DNA from: an uncultured Erysipelotrichaceae bacterium
GTDB lineage: Bacteria > Bacillota_I > Bacilli_A > RFN20 > CAG-826
Direction: 5' to 3'
DNA: 41,785 bases
Assembly (NCBI GenBank): GCA_946183085.1
Contig: CAMGZU010000004.1
Coordinates: 1-41,785 of the forward strand
Shown: positions 29,785 through 38,003 of the stretch, in pieces
How positions within the stretch are numbered: position 1 is the first letter of the stretch
How the letters are laid out: the number at the start of each line of letters is the position of its first letter
The notes under the pieces: model-generated
Databases searched by the model: none
What the model was told of the DNA's origin: nothing
What the model saw: only the letters and a program-made list of their open reading frames with translations
Program-made: the position numbers and the translations under genes

Positions 29785-30989
29785 TCGAGGGTGAGGGTGG
29801 CAAGCGCCTGATCGGCGAGCTCTTTGAGGTCCGCGAGCTGCTCTTCCTTGGCGACCGAACGAATGGTGAAGGTCTTCTCCAAGAACTTGTTGCCCGGAAG
29901 CGGATCGAGGATGGCGTGCATGCATTTGGCGGCCGCCGGCGACCAAGAGCCGTTCTCGACGATGCCGAAGGTGCGGTTCTTGATGAGGTGATTGGCCAAA
30001 TCGTGGAGATAGTCCTCCATTTTCTGGAAGACGCCGAGGTTATAAGTCGAGCTAAGCAAGAGGATCGTGCCAACGCGGAAGGCCTCGCCAACAAGGACGG
30101 AGGAATCCGTTTTGGAGACGTCATAAAGAGCAATGTTCTTCACGCCGCGGAGCGCGAGTTCTTTCGCCAAAACCTCCGCCGCATTGGCGGTTCCGCCATA
30201 GATGGAGCCATAGACGATCAAGACGCCGTCTTTGTCCTCTGGCTCATAAGCGGCCCATTTGGCGTAGACATCGATGATTTCGTCCAAATGCCCTTCATAA
30301 ACAGGCCCATGAAGCGGGGCGATGCGGGCGATGTCCAAGGTCGCGGCCTTCTTCAAAACACCCGTGACTTGGACGCCATATTTGCCGACGATGTTCGCAT
30401 AGTAACGACGCGCTTCGGCGAGGTGCTTCTTCACGAATTTGCAGCCGCATTCCACGACGTTGCCGCTTAAAGCGCCAAAGGTGCCAAAGGCATCCGCGCT
30501 GAACAGGGTCTTCGTGGTTTCTTCGTACGTCATGATGACTTCCGGCCAATGGACCATCGAAGCCGCGATGAAGCGGAACGTGCGCTTGCCGGTATTGAGC
30601 GTGTCGCCTTCTTTGACGACTTGGACGTTGCATTTGAGGTTCGGAAAGAAGTTCTTGAGGAACATCGAAGCCATCTGCGAAGTCACGATGGTGACGTTCG
30701 GATAGCGGAGCAAGAGGTCGCCGATGTTGGCGGCGTGGTCCGGCTCCATATGATCGACGATCAAATAATCAAGCGGGCGGCCCGCGAGGAGGAATTCAAG
30801 GTTCTCAAAGAAGACTTTGCTGACGGCTTCGTCAACGGTGTCCAAAAGGACCGTCTTTTCGTCTAAGAAAAGATAGGAGTTGAAAGAGGCGCCGTTCTCA
30901 AGGGGATAGATGTTCTCGAAAAGCGCCAAGCGGCGGTCGCTTCCACCAACGTAATAAAAGCCTTCGTCTAACGGAAATTCACAGTGCAT
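29781..30989 (-). CDS. fprA: Flavodiiron protein (FprA/A-type flavoprotein; O2/NO reductase type)
   Basis: HMEPDH, HWPE, SADAFG, PLHG diiron ligands; flavodoxin YGSIYGGT; SD AAGGAG favours ATG 30989. Confidence 0.92.
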   Translation of the reverse strand: MHCEFPLDEGFYYVGGSDRRLALFENIYPLENGASFNSYLFLDEKTVLLDTVDEAVSKVFFENLEFLLAGRPLDYLIVDHMEPDHAANIGDLLLRYPNVTIVTSQMASMFLKNFFPNLKCNVQVVKEGDTLNTGKRTFRFIAASMVHWPEVIMTYEETTKTLFSADAFGTFGALSGNVVECGCKFVKKHLAEARRYYANIVGKYGVQVTGVLKKAATLDIARIAPLHGPVYEGHLDEIIDVYAKWAAYEPEDKDGVLIVYGSIYGGTANAAEVLAKELALRGVKNIALYDVSKTDSSVLVGEAFRVGTILLLSSTYNLGVFQKMEDYLHDLANHLIKNRTFGIVENGSWSPAAAKCMHAILDPLPGNKFLEKTFTIRSVAKEEQLADLKELADQALATLTLE

Positions 30990-31043
30990 AAATGTCACTC
31001 CTTAACTTTGTTATTGTACCCCAAGAGAGGGGCTGGTTTCACG

Positions 31044-31075
31044 AAAAGAAAAGAGGGCGATAGTTTCGCCCTCTT
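31044..31075 (-). terminator. Intrinsic terminator
   Basis: AAGAGGGCGA-TAGTT-TCGCCCTCTT with U-rich tail on the minus strand. Confidence 0.8.
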
Positions 31076-31083
31076 CGGGATAC

Positions 31084-32448
31084 TTACTCTTCCTCGGGCG
31101 CGTCGCCTTTGGAACGGCCTTTCTTGGCCATGACGTCGTCGACGAGCTTCAAGGCGCGGCGGAAGGAGAGGCCGCTCTTGATCTTGAAGGTGAGCGGGAT
31201 GTCCGCAAACTTCTTCGAGTTGTTCGCGATGACCGGGATGGTCGTATCGGCGTAATCTTTCGGGTCCAACGCGTAATTGACGCGAAGATGCTTGCCCGTG
31301 ATCGTGATGAAGATATAGCGCTCGCGGTGGGCAGAGAAGGTGCAGCCCGGGATGGAAAGACGCGGGTTGAGGCCATAGGAAGCGATGTAGTCGCGGAGTT
31401 CGTTGTATTTGTCCTGAACTTCCTGCGGCGCGGCCTTCATCTTGTCTTCGAACGGAGTCTTATCTTTCTTGCCTTCGGTCGGATGGGAAGGGCCGTCGGT
31501 CGCTTCAGGGGCTTCGTCTTCTTCAACCTCTTCTTCCTTCGGTTCTTCGACGGGAACGATGACCGGCTTTTCTTCCGCCTTCATCGGCTCCGCTTCTTTG
31601 ACGACCGGCGCGGGTTCAGCTTTCTCTTCCACGACCGTCTGTGGTTTTTCCGGAGCGGCTTGCTGCACGACGGGCTTCGGTTCTTCTTTTACGGGAGCCG
31701 GCGCTGGCGCAGGCGTTGGGGCTGGCGCAGGCGCTGGAGCGGCTTGAGCAGCCTGTTCCGGCGGGAGCGTGACATAAACATTGGTTGGGCCAAGTTGGAG
31801 CTTAGCGAGCTCTTCGCGGATGATTTCGCGTAATCTTTCTTCGGTCATATCTTCGTCCTCCAAACCGTCGATGAGAATTTCATTCCCGCTTTCTTTGGGT
31901 GCGGGTTCCTTTATGGCAGGCTGCACAGCGGCAACCGGAGATGGGATGGTTTCGATCGGCTTTTCTTCCTTCGTCCGTTCGGGAATCAAACGGCGGATGA
32001 CACCGACCAAGGAGCAGACTAAGCCAAAGAGGCTTGCCACCAACAAAACGAAAACGAGGATGGTCGCAGCAATCTCCATTTTCGCCGAATAGCCAAGGGT
32101 ATAGAGAATCCCGCCAAAGGCGAGTGCGGCGGCACTCAACAAAAAGAAGAGCCCGCCAAGGATGGCATCAGGCTTCCTGCGAATCGCGGCGACGACCGCA
32201 ATCGCGATGAAACCAAGCGCGGCGGTCGCGCTGCCGATGGCAACGATCGCGCTGAGCGGCTCCAACGCATTTTGAAACGAATGGACATAAATCTCGTACG
32301 CGGCCTGATAGGAAAAATCCCCACTCACCGGAACAAGACCCATCAAATAACCGACAAAACCAGCCAAGACGGCGACGATCAAGCCAATGACGCCAAAAAT
32401 GACTCCCTGCTGTCCTGGAACTTTCTTATAAGTTTCCGAAAACGCCAT
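31084..32448 (-). CDS. Membrane protein: 4 TM, Pro/Ala/Glu-rich linker, C-terminal alpha/beta domain (start ATG 32448)
   Basis: SD AGGAGG before MAFSET; APAPAPAPTPAPAPAP linker; C-terminal YNELRDY...ALDPKDY...PLTFKIKS domain. Confidence 0.75.
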   Translation of the reverse strand: MAFSETYKKVPGQQGVIFGVIGLIVAVLAGFVGYLMGLVPVSGDFSYQAAYEIYVHSFQNALEPLSAIVAIGSATAALGFIAIAVVAAIRRKPDAILGGLFFLLSAAALAFGGILYTLGYSAKMEIAATILVFVLLVASLFGLVCSLVGVIRRLIPERTKEEKPIETIPSPVAAVQPAIKEPAPKESGNEILIDGLEDEDMTEERLREIIREELAKLQLGPTNVYVTLPPEQAAQAAPAPAPAPTPAPAPAPVKEEPKPVVQQAAPEKPQTVVEEKAEPAPVVKEAEPMKAEEKPVIVPVEEPKEEEVEEDEAPEATDGPSHPTEGKKDKTPFEDKMKAAPQEVQDKYNELRDYIASYGLNPRLSIPGCTFSAHRERYIFITITGKHLRVNYALDPKDYADTTIPVIANNSKKFADIPLTFKIKSGLSFRRALKLVDDVMAKKGRSKGDAPEEE

Positions 32449-32500
32449 TTGTCCCTCCTTTATTTGCAAAATAAATTGTAGTCCAATTCTGGAGCGAAAC

Positions 32501-32525
32501 AAGAAAAAGGGGGTACGTACCCCTT
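32501..32525 (-). terminator. Intrinsic terminator after HAD gene
   Basis: AAGGGG-GTACGTA-CCCCTT with TTTCTT tail on the minus strand. Confidence 0.6.
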
Positions 32526-32544
32526 ATTTTCTCAAAAACCCCTA

Positions 32545-33165
32545 TTAAAATTCCTTGGTTAAGGTTTCCGACAAGGCATCGATGGAGCGCTCGCCATCGA
32601 GCTTTCCATAACCATAGGCCGCATAGACGAAGGGGATGCCTGCCTTTTTGGCAGCTTCCCGATCCATGACGGTATCCCCGATGTAAATCGGGCTTTTTAA
32701 GCCATGTTTCTCGACGATCGCCTTGATGTTGTCCCATTTGCTTTTGCCATAACGATTGTCGAGGTAGTCCTCCACCTCTTCTCTCCCGCCATAACAGGAA
32801 AAGAAGGTGTCGATATAGCCCGCCATGCAGTTGGAGACGATGAAAAGGCGGTATTTCTTTGCGAGTTCCTTAAGAAAGGTTGGCCCGGGCAAGAAAGTGT
32901 CGTCCCAAGTCGCATGGGATGCGATATAGGCGGTTTCTTCCGTAGAGGCGATCGCGATTCTCCGGAACGATTCCTCGCCTGGAAGCTCGGGGAAGCAAAG
33001 CGCGCCGATCTCGGCCGTGGTATGGCCGGCATAGGTGCGGAAATCGTTCTCGTCGATGACGCGGTTCCAGCCATAGCGGGCGAACGTCTCATTCCAAGAA
33101 GCGGTAATCGGCTTCGCCCAGTCGACGAGCGTGCCATCCATGTCGAAAATCAATGCATCAACCAT
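32545..33165 (-). CDS. HAD-family hydrolase (phosphatase)
   Basis: FDMDGTL motif I, IVSN motif II, K, YIGDTVMD motif IV. Confidence 0.92.
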   Translation of the reverse strand: MVDALIFDMDGTLVDWAKPITASWNETFARYGWNRVIDENDFRTYAGHTTAEIGALCFPELPGEESFRRIAIASTEETAYIASHATWDDTFLPGPTFLKELAKKYRLFIVSNCMAGYIDTFFSCYGGREEVEDYLDNRYGKSKWDNIKAIVEKHGLKSPIYIGDTVMDREAAKKAGIPFVYAAYGYGKLDGERSIDALSETLTKEF

Positions 33166-33246
33166 ACGCGGAGATTTTAAGTCAGCCTCCTAGCACAAAC
33201 AATAAATGAGTTTTTGTCGAAATGTTCAAAAAATGCCGCCGTAGGC

Positions 33247-33275
33247 TTGAAAGAAAGCCCTTTTCATACTATATT
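33247..33275 (+). promoter_or_regulatory. Sigma-A promoter with no downstream CDS
   Basis: TTGAAA (33247-33252), 17-nt spacer, TATATT (33270-33275). Confidence 0.65.
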
Positions 33276-33280
33276 CAATG

Positions 33281-33383
33281 AGCCGTCGCCCTTTACCCCC
33301 TTTAAGTGCGATGGTGGCGCACCACTTGGTTCGTCATAAAAACCGCCAGACTCCCCCCTGATATCTGACGGTTTTCTTTTTTT
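33281..33383 (+). ncRNA. Candidate ~100-nt small RNA with two C-rich hairpin loops
   Basis: Promoter upstream; hairpin 1 GCCGUCGC/GCGAUGGU with loop UACCCCCUUU; final hairpin with loop CUCCCCCCUGAUA and long U tail; no ORF. Confidence 0.55.
33338..33383. terminator. Bidirectional terminator (degV on minus; candidate sRNA on plus)
   Basis: AAAACCGCCAGA/TCTGACGGTTTT stem flanked by A- and T-runs. Confidence 0.8.
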
Positions 33384-33400
33384 CTGTTTGATTTTGAGGC

Positions 33401-34303
33401 TTAGGCGTCGATGTCTTCGTCTGGACGGCGGATCGGCGTGTAGGTATAACCGGCAAGCCAAGGGCCAACGTGGCAGCCGGAGACCGGCGACATGATGACC
33501 GCCTCGTGATTGGGCGCAAAGCCAGCCTTCTTCTCCATCTCTTCCAAACGGTCGAGCGGCGTGGTCGTCGTATAGACGTGGGCAAGGACATAATCTTCCG
33601 GCTTACGATCGCCGACGATCTCGCGCATGATTTCCATCGTGCGCTTCAAGGCGTTGCGGATGCCCATCTTATTCTCCAACGCGACGATTTCGCCAGCGCG
33701 GTTGAAATGGAGGACCGGGCAGATGCCCATGAGCTTGCCAAGATAGGCTTTGCCGCCTTTTAAGCGACCGTTATAGATGAGGTAATCAAGTTTCTGGACG
33801 ACGCCGATGAATTCCTGGTGGCGGATCATCCAGTTGATTTCCTTCACGACGTCTTCGGTCTTATAGCCCTTCTCGAAGAACTCGACCGCTTTGGCGGCCA
33901 AGAAGCCTTCGGGCAGCGAGCAGATCTTCGAGTCGATGACCGTGATCTTGAGCTTTTCCTCGAATTCTTTGGCGACGAGGTTGATGAAGTTGTAGGTGCC
34001 GCCAAGATAGGAGTCGATGGCGATGATGAAGACTTCCTCTATCCCATCATCGATGGCCTTCTGGAAGTGCCTTGAAACTTCCTCGTAGGTCGGGACCGCG
34101 GTGGTCGGCAAATTGCCTTTGACGTCAATGACGCCGGCCAATTTGGCGTACATATCGACCGGATCAAGATCGAGGCCTTCCAAGTATTCTTTGCCTTCGA
34201 AGACAAGGCGGATGCGGATGATGTCGATGCCGAGTTTTTTATAACGCTCCGGCGCATATTCCAAGCAGCCGGTCGAGGTGCACATGACACGGATTTTTTT
34301 CAT
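33401..34303 (-). CDS. DegV/FakB family fatty-acid-binding protein
   Basis: PTTAVP, SYLGGTY, VIDSK, LDYLIYNGRL, GCHVGP. Confidence 0.92.
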   Translation of the reverse strand: MKKIRVMCTSTGCLEYAPERYKKLGIDIIRIRLVFEGKEYLEGLDLDPVDMYAKLAGVIDVKGNLPTTAVPTYEEVSRHFQKAIDDGIEEVFIIAIDSYLGGTYNFINLVAKEFEEKLKITVIDSKICSLPEGFLAAKAVEFFEKGYKTEDVVKEINWMIRHQEFIGVVQKLDYLIYNGRLKGGKAYLGKLMGICPVLHFNRAGEIVALENKMGIRNALKRTMEIMREIVGDRKPEDYVLAHVYTTTTPLDRLEEMEKKAGFAPNHEAVIMSPVSGCHVGPWLAGYTYTPIRRPDEDIDA

Positions 34304-34388
34304 GGTTTCTCCTTAAGGGTAAAAAGGGCTAGCAACATTTAAGCACAAATAAGGCCCGCAGAAGTAGCAAACTCGCTAAAATTGTCTT

Positions 34389-34874
34389 ATGCCCACCGAC
34401 TACATCAAACAAATTCGCAAAACCATCGGACATGACCCGCTTCTCGGGGTTGGCCTTGGGGTTTTGATCTTCAACGAAAAAGAAGAGATTCTCTTAGAGA
34501 AAAGAACCGATAACGGCCTTTATTGCCTCGTTGGCGGAGGCGTCGACCTCGGCGAAAAAGTGATCGAAGGCGCCAAACGTGAGATCAAAGAAGAGACCGG
34601 CCTCGACATCGAGGAACTCCATTTCATGGGCGTAAAAAGCGGCGAAGAGCAAAAGCTTCTCTACCCCAATGGCGATCTCACCTACTACGTCGATTTCTAT
34701 TTTCATTGCCACATCGATAGCCGCAAGCAGACCCCAAAGATCAGCGATGGAGAATCCACCGAGCTTCGTTTCTATCCCTTAGACCAACTCCCGCCGGAAG
34801 AAAAGCTCCTCCGCGGCACGAAGGAGCCAATCGAATATTACCTAAGTGGCAAGAAAGAGCCTTTCATTGACTAA
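34389..34874 (+). CDS. Nudix hydrolase
   Basis: Nudix box GGGVDLGEKVIEGAKREIKEETGL. Confidence 0.93.
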   Translation: MPTDYIKQIRKTIGHDPLLGVGLGVLIFNEKEEILLEKRTDNGLYCLVGGGVDLGEKVIEGAKREIKEETGLDIEELHFMGVKSGEEQKLLYPNGDLTYYVDFYFHCHIDSRKQTPKISDGESTELRFYPLDQLPPEEKLLRGTKEPIEYYLSGKKEPFID

Positions 34875-36364
34875 ATCGAGGCCACGTTCCCCATATAAAT
34901 GGGGAGCCCATTCGAATCATAGATGCAATAAACAAACGGCTGATTGAGTTTCACTTGGTAAGTGCCGTTGACGGGAGCGGCTGAAGTCGCTCCATAGCCG
35001 GACGTCACCGTAACGGAAACGATCTCCGTGCCGTCTTCTTTGAAGGAGATGGCGTTTTTCTGCTTGCTGAAATCGAGCCAAAACGACTTGTCTTCGTTTT
35101 CGTTGAAGATGGCATCCATCGGATTCCCATAGGGGACAAACGCCGAAGGAAGGAATGTCTCTTTCAAACACTTCGTGAAGTCGGTTTCCGCCGTTGCGGT
35201 GAACTTCGGGACCGAAAGTTCCACCGCATAGGAATCCTTGAGGCGATGGCTTTCATCGTCATGGAGGAAATCCGCATCGCCCAGGAGGTCAAAGATGTTA
35301 TCTTGCGTCGATTTCGGAACGAGGTATTGGATCGACATCAAATTCGCGTAATAGTCCCGGACGGAGACATATTTGTCGTATTCATAAATCGCGCCGCGGT
35401 AAGTGTGCTGCATGTAGGTGACGTTCTCTTGAATCGTGCTTCCATAAAAGGACGCTCGGTAAGAATCGTTGGTGCTGAAAGCGCTCGCCCATTGGTTGTT
35501 GAAATACATGGTCGTCACGAATTGAAAGGCCGTCTCCGGCTTCACGTCAAGGAAACGGGCGTCAATGAAGCCATCGCGTCCGGCTTTGGCGTTCGCCCAG
35601 GAAGCAACGCGCGCCACATCCTCTGGGTTCTGGTAATCCAATTGATACGCCTCGCAATAACGGCGGCTCATTTCGGTGACGAAATCCGGATTGGGGGTAA
35701 GCTTGCCTAAATCAGGGCGGCCATCATCGAGGAAGACGCCATTATAGATTTGAAGCGTGCCTTGCTCTTGATAGAAATAGTCACTCAAATAGGCGCTTCG
35801 GAAGTTGGCGGCGCGGAGCGTATAATCACCGCCCAACAAGGCGTTAAACTCCTCCCGTACATTTTCTTTTTGGGTGCCCAAGGAGACCAAATCCAAATTC
35901 AGGTAGAGCGGAAGGGGCGCAAAGCCGAAGTTGCCCTTCTTCTTTGTTGCTTGGTAAATCTTGTTCGAAAAGCTCAGCACGCCCTCTTTATAGGCGTTAC
36001 TCACCTCTCTTCTCCGATATTGGGTGCCATCAGGGTAAGTAATGCTATTAAGGGATTTAAAACTCGAGGCTTCGATGTCCTTGGCTACGTTGGCGGAGAA
36101 GCTTTCGCTGTTCCGCCTGAAGCTCCGCTCGGTCTCGAAGGTCGTGCCAGTAACGAGCATCGCCCCTGCCACGACGATCCCGGTGACCAAAACGATTGGA
36201 ACGGCAATCAAAACGCCCTTGCTGATTCTTTTGCCAAGCATGCCGTCATGGGCTCGTTCCGGACGCTTCAAATCCACTTCCTCGACGTTAACGTGGGGTT
36301 CAGGCACTTCACGTGCCGCCTGGATCTTCTGGATGGATTCTTCTTGGAACGTATTCTTTTTCAT
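34871..36364 (-). CDS. Single-pass membrane serpin-domain protein (putative anti-sigma factor)
   Basis: ~48-aa hydrophilic N-terminus, one TM helix, serpin motifs NFGFAP, YFNNQW..AF, VPKF, EDGTE hinge, LNQPFVYCI...PIYMG. Confidence 0.85.
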   Translation of the reverse strand: MKKNTFQEESIQKIQAAREVPEPHVNVEEVDLKRPERAHDGMLGKRISKGVLIAVPIVLVTGIVVAGAMLVTGTTFETERSFRRNSESFSANVAKDIEASSFKSLNSITYPDGTQYRRREVSNAYKEGVLSFSNKIYQATKKKGNFGFAPLPLYLNLDLVSLGTQKENVREEFNALLGGDYTLRAANFRSAYLSDYFYQEQGTLQIYNGVFLDDGRPDLGKLTPNPDFVTEMSRRYCEAYQLDYQNPEDVARVASWANAKAGRDGFIDARFLDVKPETAFQFVTTMYFNNQWASAFSTNDSYRASFYGSTIQENVTYMQHTYRGAIYEYDKYVSVRDYYANLMSIQYLVPKSTQDNIFDLLGDADFLHDDESHRLKDSYAVELSVPKFTATAETDFTKCLKETFLPSAFVPYGNPMDAIFNENEDKSFWLDFSKQKNAISFKEDGTEIVSVTVTSGYGATSAAPVNGTYQVKLNQPFVYCIYDSNGLPIYMGNVASI

Positions 36365-36861
36365 AACCTCACCCCATAGTGTTCGCGCGCCTTTTTCAGC
36401 GCGCCGTCATAGATCCTCTTTGCCGTCGAATGCGGGATGTTCGCGACTTCTTCGATTTCCTGAAAGGAGAATTCATAGACGACGTGGAGGACCATCACAA
36501 GGTTTTCCTTCTCGTCTAAGAAATCGTGAAGCTCCGCCAACAAGAACGTTTGCTTCTCTTCGACGCCAAGGCGCTCTGGTTCCAATAGTTCATCTTCCTT
36601 TTTCTTCCGCACGTATTCCAACGCGCTTCGCTTGGCGATGGTAAGAAGGTAGCTATGAAAGCCGGACGTCCTCTTTAAGAGGCAGATGTTCTCCAACATC
36701 TTCAAGAACGCATCCTGCGTCAAATCTTCGGCGACGGTTTCGTTCCCAACGATTTGGAGAATGAGGTAAAAGAGCAGGTTGTGATAGGCATAATAGACTT
36801 CGTTGAAGGCGTCTTTGTCCTTTTGACGAAGCCGTTTTACCGTCTTTTCTTCCACCAGCAT
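36361..36861 (-). CDS. ECF-type RNA polymerase sigma factor
   Basis: 166 aa; region 2 AEDLTQDAFLK and region 4 FSFQEI...STAK; ATGA overlap with the serpin gene. Confidence 0.9.
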   Translation of the reverse strand: MLVEEKTVKRLRQKDKDAFNEVYYAYHNLLFYLILQIVGNETVAEDLTQDAFLKMLENICLLKRTSGFHSYLLTIAKRSALEYVRKKKEDELLEPERLGVEEKQTFLLAELHDFLDEKENLVMVLHVVYEFSFQEIEEVANIPHSTAKRIYDGALKKAREHYGVRL

Positions 36862-37017
36862 CTTTCGCCCTCAACCATAGAGATGAATGACAAAAGGTTT
36901 TCATCCCAAACAAAACTAATTCTCTTTCTTTGGGGCCCGTTTTGAAAGGGCGTGATTGCGATTTGCCACCTTAAACACTAAACTTTAGTTGTTGTTTTTT
37001 CCTTATAGGAGATTTGA

Positions 37018-37950
37018 ATGAGCAGCTTCAAAAACCTCGAACCGAAGGACAATTTTTATCAGACGTCCCTCTTTTTCCCGATGCCGGTCGTCATGGTCGG
37101 CACCCTGGCTGAGAATGGCGAGACCAGCCTTGGCCCCTACTCCCTCCTCGCGCCTTATTACGTTGCGGGAAGAGAGTATTACGCGATGATCCTCAATTGC
37201 CGCAACTCCTCCAACACGGCCCAGAACATCCTTCGCACGGGAAAGTGCACCTTAAACTTCATCCCCGACGACAAAAAGCTCTTCAAGGAAGCGGTCCGCA
37301 TGGGCTGGCCTGGAGACACCACCGAAGAGAAGATGAAAGGATGCCTCTTTGAGCTCGAAGATGGCTTGATGGCCGAAGAGCATCCCAATGAGAAATTCCC
37401 AAAGGTCGTGAAGCAATCCTTTCAGGTCATTGAATGCACGTGGATGAGGGAGCTCGACCACGCGGAGAACGATAAGCCTGGCGAACTAAATGGCTACGAA
37501 GGCCCCTACCATGACTTCAATGGCATCACCTCGAAGTTCGGCGCGACCTTCATCCTCCGCATCGACAAGATCTTGATGAAGGAGAAACCCTATAACGCCA
37601 TCGTGAACGGCGTCACCAAAAGAGGCTATCCCCGCGTGCCGGTCGATTATGGCTACCGCGATTCCAAATACTTCTGGTGCTCGCGCTTCAAAGCCCCGCG
37701 TCCGGAGCTTCTTCCGATGCGTGAGACCAGCGTCGCCAGCGTCCGTTACGCCGCCGACCGCCTTCAGACCGACGTCAAATTCACCGACGAGGCTTTGGCG
37801 ATGCTCGTCAAGGTGCCGCGCGTCTTCCTGCCGCTCGTCCTAAAAGGCTGCGTCAAATGGGCGAATGAGAATAACTGCAAGCTCATCACTCCGAAAGAGA
37901 TGCAGATCATCAACGACAAGCGCGCCAAAGAAAAAGGCAAATCGAAATAA
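37018..37950 (+). CDS. Flavin reductase-like (split-barrel) protein with C-terminal PCP_red-like helical domain
   Basis: FPMPVVMVGT...GPYSL...SNTAQNILRTGKCTLNF, IEC; C-terminal FTDEALAMLVKVPRVF...A...ITPKEM; SD AGGAG. Confidence 0.75.
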   Translation: MSSFKNLEPKDNFYQTSLFFPMPVVMVGTLAENGETSLGPYSLLAPYYVAGREYYAMILNCRNSSNTAQNILRTGKCTLNFIPDDKKLFKEAVRMGWPGDTTEEKMKGCLFELEDGLMAEEHPNEKFPKVVKQSFQVIECTWMRELDHAENDKPGELNGYEGPYHDFNGITSKFGATFILRIDKILMKEKPYNAIVNGVTKRGYPRVPVDYGYRDSKYFWCSRFKAPRPELLPMRETSVASVRYAADRLQTDVKFTDEALAMLVKVPRVFLPLVLKGCVKWANENNCKLITPKEMQIINDKRAKEKGKSK

Positions 37951-37951
37951 G

Positions 37952-37988
37952 AAAAAAGAGGGAACGGGTTGCTCGTTTCCCTCTTTTT
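37952..37988. terminator. Bidirectional intrinsic terminator
   Basis: AAAAAGAGGGAA...TTCCCTCTTTTT between convergent genes. Confidence 0.85.
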
Positions 37989-38003
37989 GTATCGACGGAT
38001 TAT

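Noticed and set aside
33281-33335. Candidate sRNA region as tRNA, SRP RNA or type I toxin locus
   Set aside because: No cloverleaf or TTC-loop arm, no SRP core motif, and the only nearby minus-strand ORF (13 aa) lacks a properly spaced SD and a TM segment.
36875-36905. TGAAAACCTTTT upstream of the ECF gene as autoregulatory promoter
   Set aside because: AAC plus T-tract resembles an ECF -35 element, but there is no CGT-type -10 at the expected spacing; insufficient without homolog alignment.
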